This document shows, piece after piece, positions 57,265 through 64,000 of a stretch of 64,000 nucleotides of DNA. This DNA comes from Octopus vulgaris (lineage: Eukaryota). The stretch is taken from assembly GCA_951406725.2 (NCBI GenBank), contig OX597815.1:101680001-101744000 (forward strand), written 5' to 3'. Both the position numbers and the translations under genes were made by a program. The notes beneath the pieces were generated by a model. The model saw nothing but the letters and a program-made list of their open reading frames with translations, had not been told where the DNA came from and did no database searches. Position 1 is the first letter of the stretch, and each line of letters begins with the position of its first letter.

Positions 57265-58114
57265 GCATGTATGTATGCATGTATGTATGCATGTATGTAT
57301 ATATATATATATATATATTTATTTATTTATTTATATATATATGTATGTATATGTATATCTGTATGTATCACGTAACCAACATTCAAACCCGCGAATATCT
57401 CAATTAGTTATAGAGTACTTCTTAGTCAAATTAAGTTGTTTTTCGTATAGGCCATAACTGTCAAATTTATCCCCACTGTTTCTCAGTGTGTGCCTGTGTG
57501 TATATATACACACGCACACACACACACACACTCCTATATATGTATATCAGTTACCCTCCTACCTATTTGTTATTATTTATCTATATATCAAAGTGCTTTC
57601 CCACCTACTTCTCCCACTCACCCCTTTCACCACTCATCAACCCACGCACCTACGACTAAACTCACCCACCACCTTGACCCATCTACCCTATCTACCTATC
57701 TTTGTGATGTTTGTGTTCATCTCTTTTGTCAGATTTTAGTACCTCTATGTGAGTAATTTTAGTGTTTGTGCAGCTAGAATACGTATGCCATGCACGTGTG
57801 CACCAATAGCTTTGCACACTTTCAACCCGTAGCCCCTACTGCGCTCTCTCTTTCTCTCTCTTTCGCTGGCTGCCCGTTTCTTTATGTTTATTTTAACAGC
57901 TTTCAGATACAATAAATACAGACGTATCTCGATTTCTGTGTATGCACTTGTTTATGCATTCATGAATGTATTTAGCTATGAAGCTAGTTGAATGAACAGA
58001 ATTTGCTTATTGTATAGCAATAAGTATATACTCGTGTGCGTGCGTCTGTATGTATATGTATGCATGTATGCATGTTTTTCTGTACGTACACACACACGCA
58101 CAAACATACACACA

Positions 58115-58153
<39 letters not shown>

Positions 58154-58264
58154 TTATACATATATTTATGTATATGTATGTATATATAAATATATATATT
58201 TATATGCATATCTATATATAAACACACATACACACATATATAATATATATATATATATATATGC

Positions 58265-58316
<52 letters not shown>

Positions 58317-59366
58317 TGAGAATGTGTCTGTCTGTCTGTCTGTGTGTTTCCCTAAAACTTGAGAACTACACAACCAATTTCATTCAAATTTTACACATGC
58401 CTTAATTAAGGTCCGGGGAGTGTCATCGGCAAAAGATCTTAACTTTTTCCCTTGGGCGACCCCACAGCAATATCATATCTTCTCCACTATTTCAGTATTA
58501 CGTGTTAAAAGTGAAACAAAAACATTCTCTCTTTTGTAATGCAGACACTTTCATTTTAATACTGAAACTATTAAAGTGAAAGTATTATATAACAGGGATG
58601 AACCATTAATAATGGTCATCCTTTTTGCTAGAAGATCCGCTATGGTCTTATATGCTACACCACTGGTTTTCAATTCATATTAATCAAAGTAATATTCAAT
58701 TTTTCACCCTTATTATGTTTGTGTGTGTGTGTATTAGCAATTCGTATAAAATTGCATCAATGACTTCAACTTGAATAAGTGGTTTCACATAAATGGGGAT
58801 AAATTAAAAAGGTTTGTTGTTATTATTATTACTGTTTGACTATTGTAATCACGTTTATTGGTTCCTCGTCAGGGAAACGTTGTTGTGTTGCATTTGTTAA
58901 ATAATTGTAAACCGTAACCCTCCCCCTTTCGGAGAAGGGCCTTTGGATATTGTTTAAAAAATGAATTTTGTCCCTGTTTGGGGAAATTGACAATATTTTC
59001 ACCGTCTTTACGGAAGCATTTTTGTTAAAATGCCTTCGATAGAAGAAAGTCCAAAAATGAATTTCGCTGCAGCCGTACACTTCTATACAAGAGGGAGGAC
59101 AAGATCCAATTGATCGAAATTGCAAGAGACGGGCCTACAATTCCAGTCTGTTATATATTTTGAGTATTGTTACCACTAGCGATATCAAGATATAACTTTG
59201 TATTTTGTATTTTTTGTGTAGATGTATATATATAGATGTACATGTAATATGTACACATATATATATACACATATATACATGCATAATATATCTACCCATA
59301 CACACATACGCACACACACACACATACGCACACACACACACATACGCACACACACACACATACATA

Positions 59367-59500
59367 GGGGCAGGTGTGGCTGTCTGGTAACAAACTACGT
59401 TCCAAACACATGGTCCTGGGTTCAGTCCCACTATGTGGTGACTTGGCATGTGTCTTCTGCTGTAGCCTCAGACCAACAAAAGCTTCTCATTGGATTTTGT
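59367..59500 (+). mobile_element. SINE family A head inside the Helitron
   Basis: GGGGCAGGTGTGGCTGTCTGGTAA...GGGTTCAGTCCCACT. Confidence 0.7.
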
Positions 59501-59629
59501 ACATATATACAGGCATACATACATATATATACTTGCATACGTACATATTCGCCATAAACACTCTACCACTACAACTAATAACTGTTGGGAACACTTTCAA
59601 ACCTGCCTTACATTCAAACCGGAATCTCA

Positions 59630-62494
59630 ACGCCCGAGTTTTCCATCTGAAGTTAATCTCTCTCATGGAGCTCATACAAAAAGGGCAAGTCTTTGGGTCC
59701 ATACAATGGGACATGTACACAATCGTGTGGCAAAAAAGGGGCCTTCCACATGCTCATATCCTGCTTTGGCTCTCAGCGAAGATCAATTCCAATGACGTCG
59801 ACAACATAATCTCTGCAGAGCTTCCTGATCCAGCTTTAGACAAAGAACTATACTAAATAGGTAAAGCAAACATGGTACATGGTCCATGTGGGTGTGGATT
59901 CAACATAAACACACCATACTTGAAGGACAGCATATGTTCAAAAAGATTTCCAAGGAGGTTCCTACAAGAAACTCAGACAGGTGCTGATGGTTATCCATCA
60001 TACAGACGCAGAAAACCAGAAGACGGAGGTTTCACAGCAACTATCGGACAGCACGATATTGATAATAGATGGATTGTTCCATACTGCCCACTCCTGTCAA
60101 AGACTTTCAATGCCCACATCAACGTTGAGTTTTGCAACTCCGTTAAATTCATCAAGTACTTTTTGCAAATATGTAAACAAGGGTTCTGACGCTGCAATGT
60201 TTGGATTTCAACAAGAATACTACCAGGATGAGGTGACGCATTATCAGGTGGGACGGTACATAAGTAGCAACGAGGCATTCTGGCGCATCTTTGGCTTTCC
60301 AATTCACCAATGACACCCCGCCATTCAACAGCTTGCAGTGCACCTGGAAAATGGTCAAAGAGTGTACTTCACCAATGCTAATGCTTCTCTGTTGGCAGAG
60401 GAACCAACGGATAGCACACTCACTGCATTCTTCAAGCTTTGTCAAGTGGATCCATTCGCTCAAACCTTGCTGTATCCACATTCACAGATTCCATCGTACT
60501 ACATTTGGAATGGAAAAAAAATGGGCTCCAAGGAAAGCAGGTCAAAATGTTCGTGGATACCCTGGCATTAAGTTTCACACTTGCCTTGGGCGAGTATACA
60601 CAGTGCATCCCACTCAACAAGAGTGCTTCTACCTTCGTCTACTACTGCATGAGGTCAGAGGGCCAACTTCTTTCCAGGCCCTAAAAACCGTTCATGGACA
60701 TGTCTGCACAACATACAGAGAAGCCCGCTATCGACAAGGTCTGTTAGAAGATGGTGCACAATGGGATGCAACTTTAGAAGAGGCTGCTTTATCACAATCA
60801 CCTAAAAGTCTCAGGGCACTATGTGCAGTATTACTACAGGCATGCGAACTGTGTGATCCGGCCACTCTATGGCTCAAATATAGAGACAACCTGGCTGGAG
60901 ACTTTCAGCGCCAAGCTCAACTGCTCTATCCTGACATGAAGGGTATCAGCAATGAAATCTATAACAAAACACTCATTGACATTGAAGACAGAATTGCTAA
61001 ACTGGGTGGAAATGAATTGTCGACGTATGGCCTGCCACAAGCATTCAGGTCAGGGTCAAATAGCCATCCCACTGCTGTCATTCGTGAAACAACCTACGAC
61101 ACTCAAGAGCTTTCAAAGTACATTGTTGAAAATGAGCCTACATTACTTCCGGACCAGCTGCAGACCTACAGAACTATTCTTAACAGCGTACGCCAACGCG
61201 AGGGACGAATCTTCTTCCTCGATGCTCCTGGAGGGACAGGAAAAACATTTATTACAAAGCTTCTCCTTGCAGAAGTTAGGCAGCATCAAGACATTGCAGT
61301 AGCTGTAGACTCCTCTGGCATTGCAGCTACTTTGTTACCCGGTGGCAGGACAGCACACTCAACTTTCAAACTCCCTCTCAATTTAGCAGCATCCGAAATG
61401 CCTTCATGCAACATCAACAAAAGCTCAGATCAGGGACAAGTACTTAAAATGTGTCATCTAATTGTCTGGGATGAGTGCACTATGGCTCACAAGGGAGCTT
61501 TGGAAGCATTAGATAGAGCCCTGAAAGACATCCGAGACTGTCAGGCTCCAATGGGAGGTGTAACGCTTCTGTTGTCAGGTGATTTCAGGCAAACTCTTCC
61601 TGTCATTCCGAAAGGCACTAGAGCAGATGAAGTCCAAGCATGCTCAAAACCCGCCAGCCTGTGGCATCATGTTACAATCCTCAGTCTCACCACTAACATG
61701 AGAGCTCAGCTACACGGCGACAACATGTCCACAAAGTTTGCACAGGACATTTTGACACTTGGTGAAGGCAAGATGCCTCTCGATGCTGCAGGACAAATAG
61801 AAGTGTGGTCATTTTCCTCTGTTGTTAATTCTGTAGATGACCTCAAAAACAAAGTCTTTCCCAACTTCGCACAAAACTGCCAAAATCACAATTGGCTGTG
61901 TGAAAGAGCAATATTAGCTCAAAAAAACGTCGTTGTTAACAAAATTAATCAACAGCTAATGCATTCTCTTCCCGGCATTATACACACTTACAAGTCTGTT
62001 GATACAATTCCAGATATAAATGAAGTTGTGAACTATCCTCCTGAATTTCTCAATTCACTGGAGCCTCCTGGACTACCTCCACACATATTAGCACTTAAAG
62101 TTGGAACTCCTGTACTGCTACTCCGCAACCTGGAACCACCAAGACTTTGCAATGGAACACGACTGGTGATAAAGAAAATGATGTCACACGTTATCGAGGC
62201 GATCATTCTTTCTGGATGTGGAAAAGGTGATGACGTCTTTATTCCAAGAATTCCTCTTACTCCATCAGGAGCAGAAATTCCATTTACATTCAGAAGACTG
62301 CAAATCCCCCTTCGTGTCAGCTCTGCCATGTCCATTAACAAATCTCAGGGTCAAACCCTCTCTGTAGCTGGTCTTCTCTTGGAAGAGCCCTGCTTCTCGC
62401 ATGGGCAACTGTATGCTGGCTGCTCAAGAGTAGGAACCAAAAGAAACCTCCACAAGGAAAAACAAGGAACATTGTTTACAACGAGGTGTTATAA
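59630..62494 (+). pseudogene. Helitron RepHel (HUH Rep plus PIF1-like SF1 helicase), frameshifted
   Basis: QKRGLPHAHILLW (HUH), MVHGPCG, DNRWIVPY, KYVNKG, DAPGGTGKT, IVWDECTM, GDFRQTLPV, INKSQGQT, HGQLY..CSRV; long open stretch about 60520-62450, likely true end GKTRNIVYNEVL*. Confidence 0.92.
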
Positions 62495-62580
62495 TCTCAA
62501 CAGCCAGGAGGTATATAAGTGATCCCCTTTTTTTTTTTTTAACAAACTTCATGTACTTTCATGTATTTATATTAATATAC

Positions 62581-62634
<54 letters not shown>

Positions 62635-62714
62635 CCATATATATATAACAGAAAAGTCTAATTCTTCAATTGAATGTAACCGGGCAACGCCGGGTATCTC
62701 TGCTAGTATATATA

Positions 62715-63213
62715 CATGGAAAAATGCAAGCATGAAAAGTAATATTCTTAAGATTATAAACCTGGAAAAGTACGGGACAAGTTATTACACCTGTAAACGT
62801 ATAGGACAAACTACTACTTCAAGTAAAATAAAGAATAAGAAACTTTTTACTTAAAATATTGCACCAAAGAATGCCACTTCTAATTTATCACTCTTTAGAG
62901 TTCTCATCTTTTATTGCGCAAAACAGTTCAGCTAATTTGCAAGTTTTTCTAATTAGTCACTATTTTCTGTATTTAAAGTAGTAAAGTAGCCAAATTGTAC
63001 TTAAATATGTATAGTGTTATTTGAAAACTATAATAAAATAATTTTTAATATTCAAATTTTAATTTTAGCTGCAATATTTTAAGTAAAAAGTTTCTTATTC
63101 TTTACTTGAAGTAATAGCTTGTCCTATACTCTTACAGGTGTAATAACTTGTCCTGTACTTTTCCAGGTTTATAATCTTAAGAATCTTACTTTTCATGCTT
63201 GCATTTTCCCATG
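62715..63213. mobile_element. MITE with ~150-bp TIRs
   Basis: 62715-62863 (CATGGAAAAATGCAAGCATG...) is the inverted copy of 63070-63213. Confidence 0.8.
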
Positions 63214-64000
63214 CAATCCATGATTTTTCCAGACATTGCTGTTATAAGATAAGTAATAATGTGTCAATAATTTAAGATTTTACCTTATACAATACTGAAA
63301 AATAATATTTCAATTTATCCATGTTGAATTTAAATATATGTTGTGATTGAATTATTTGATATTACCCATTTACACCAAATTTATGGCAGGGATTTTTACC
63401 ATGTTGTTCGTTGCACCATGGATCACCAAAAATTACAAACAACAAGATCTCAAAACGATCAGTTACCAGGCTCACCTTAAGTAACCAAATTTTGCAATAT
63501 TAGGTCACAGGAAATCATTCAACGAAAAAATATTTCCATCGATTCCGGGATTGGGAGAGTGAACCCCACCTAATTTTTTCCAAACCAAAATAAGGAATTT
63601 GCAGCACATTAGGAGGTCAAGGTCTTGATACCACGCAAAAAAAAAATTTTTTTTTTCTTAGTGAAAATCGTGCGGGTGTTAATATAGAAATTGACTATAA
63701 TGTTATTTAGCCTCAAATCAACCCTGATACTGAAAACGTATCATCAAAGACATTCCAACCTTCAGCAAACCGTCTTTTTAGGGATAATCTAGGACATTAC
63801 ATACAATGGGCGTGTGGTTTAGGTAGGGGGCTACTTTGTCTGCTATTTTTAACGTGTGGAGCGACCAGGTAGAGGCTCCTTCATTGTTGCGTGATAAGAT
63901 TTTTTTTTACACATTTATGTAATATGTATATATATCAGCGGCAGAAGTTAGAGAGTAAGTCAAAAACTGAGAGTTTCGTGTACTGGTACTTATCAAACAC

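Larger units (their letters stand above)
58300..62706 (+). mobile_element. Helitron, near full length, disrupted
   Basis: 5' ..TATATAAAACTGAGAATGTGTCTGTCTG; 3' hairpin CCGGGCAACGCCGGG then CTAG|T at 62703-62707; Rep and helicase motifs inside. Confidence 0.92.

Noticed and set aside
60291-62522. Host PIF1 helicase gene of 743 aa
   Set aside because: Intronless, preceded by Rep motifs and bounded by Helitron termini; both ends of the ORF are out-of-frame

Overview
AT-rich, microsatellite-dense animal DNA, most likely an octopus (inferred from the SINE types and the (TA)n/(CA)n/(TATG)n/(AAT)n load). I found no intact host protein-coding gene, and almost all listed ORFs are simple-repeat translations. 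The window is mostly mobile-element debris: at least three tRNA-derived SINE families, two Tx1/L1-like LINEs, CR1, RTE and R4/Dong-like LINE pieces, a Neptune-type Penelope-like element (PLE), three mariner remnants, a Tigger/pogo remnant, MITEs, and two Helitrons (one well preserved at 58.3-62.7 kb). Main unexpected signals: (1) several short non-coding fold-back elements next to microsatellites that carry type I hammerhead-ribozyme motifs with palindromic stem III, best at 24984-25075, also about 40.8 kb and 57.0 kb; (2) repeated local templated insertions and inverted duplications; (3) a SINE 3' tail shared with a Tx1-like LINE; (4) a candidate minus-strand Pol II promoter and first exon at about 10.8-11.1 kb. 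All alignments and folds were done by eye, so boundaries are approximate.
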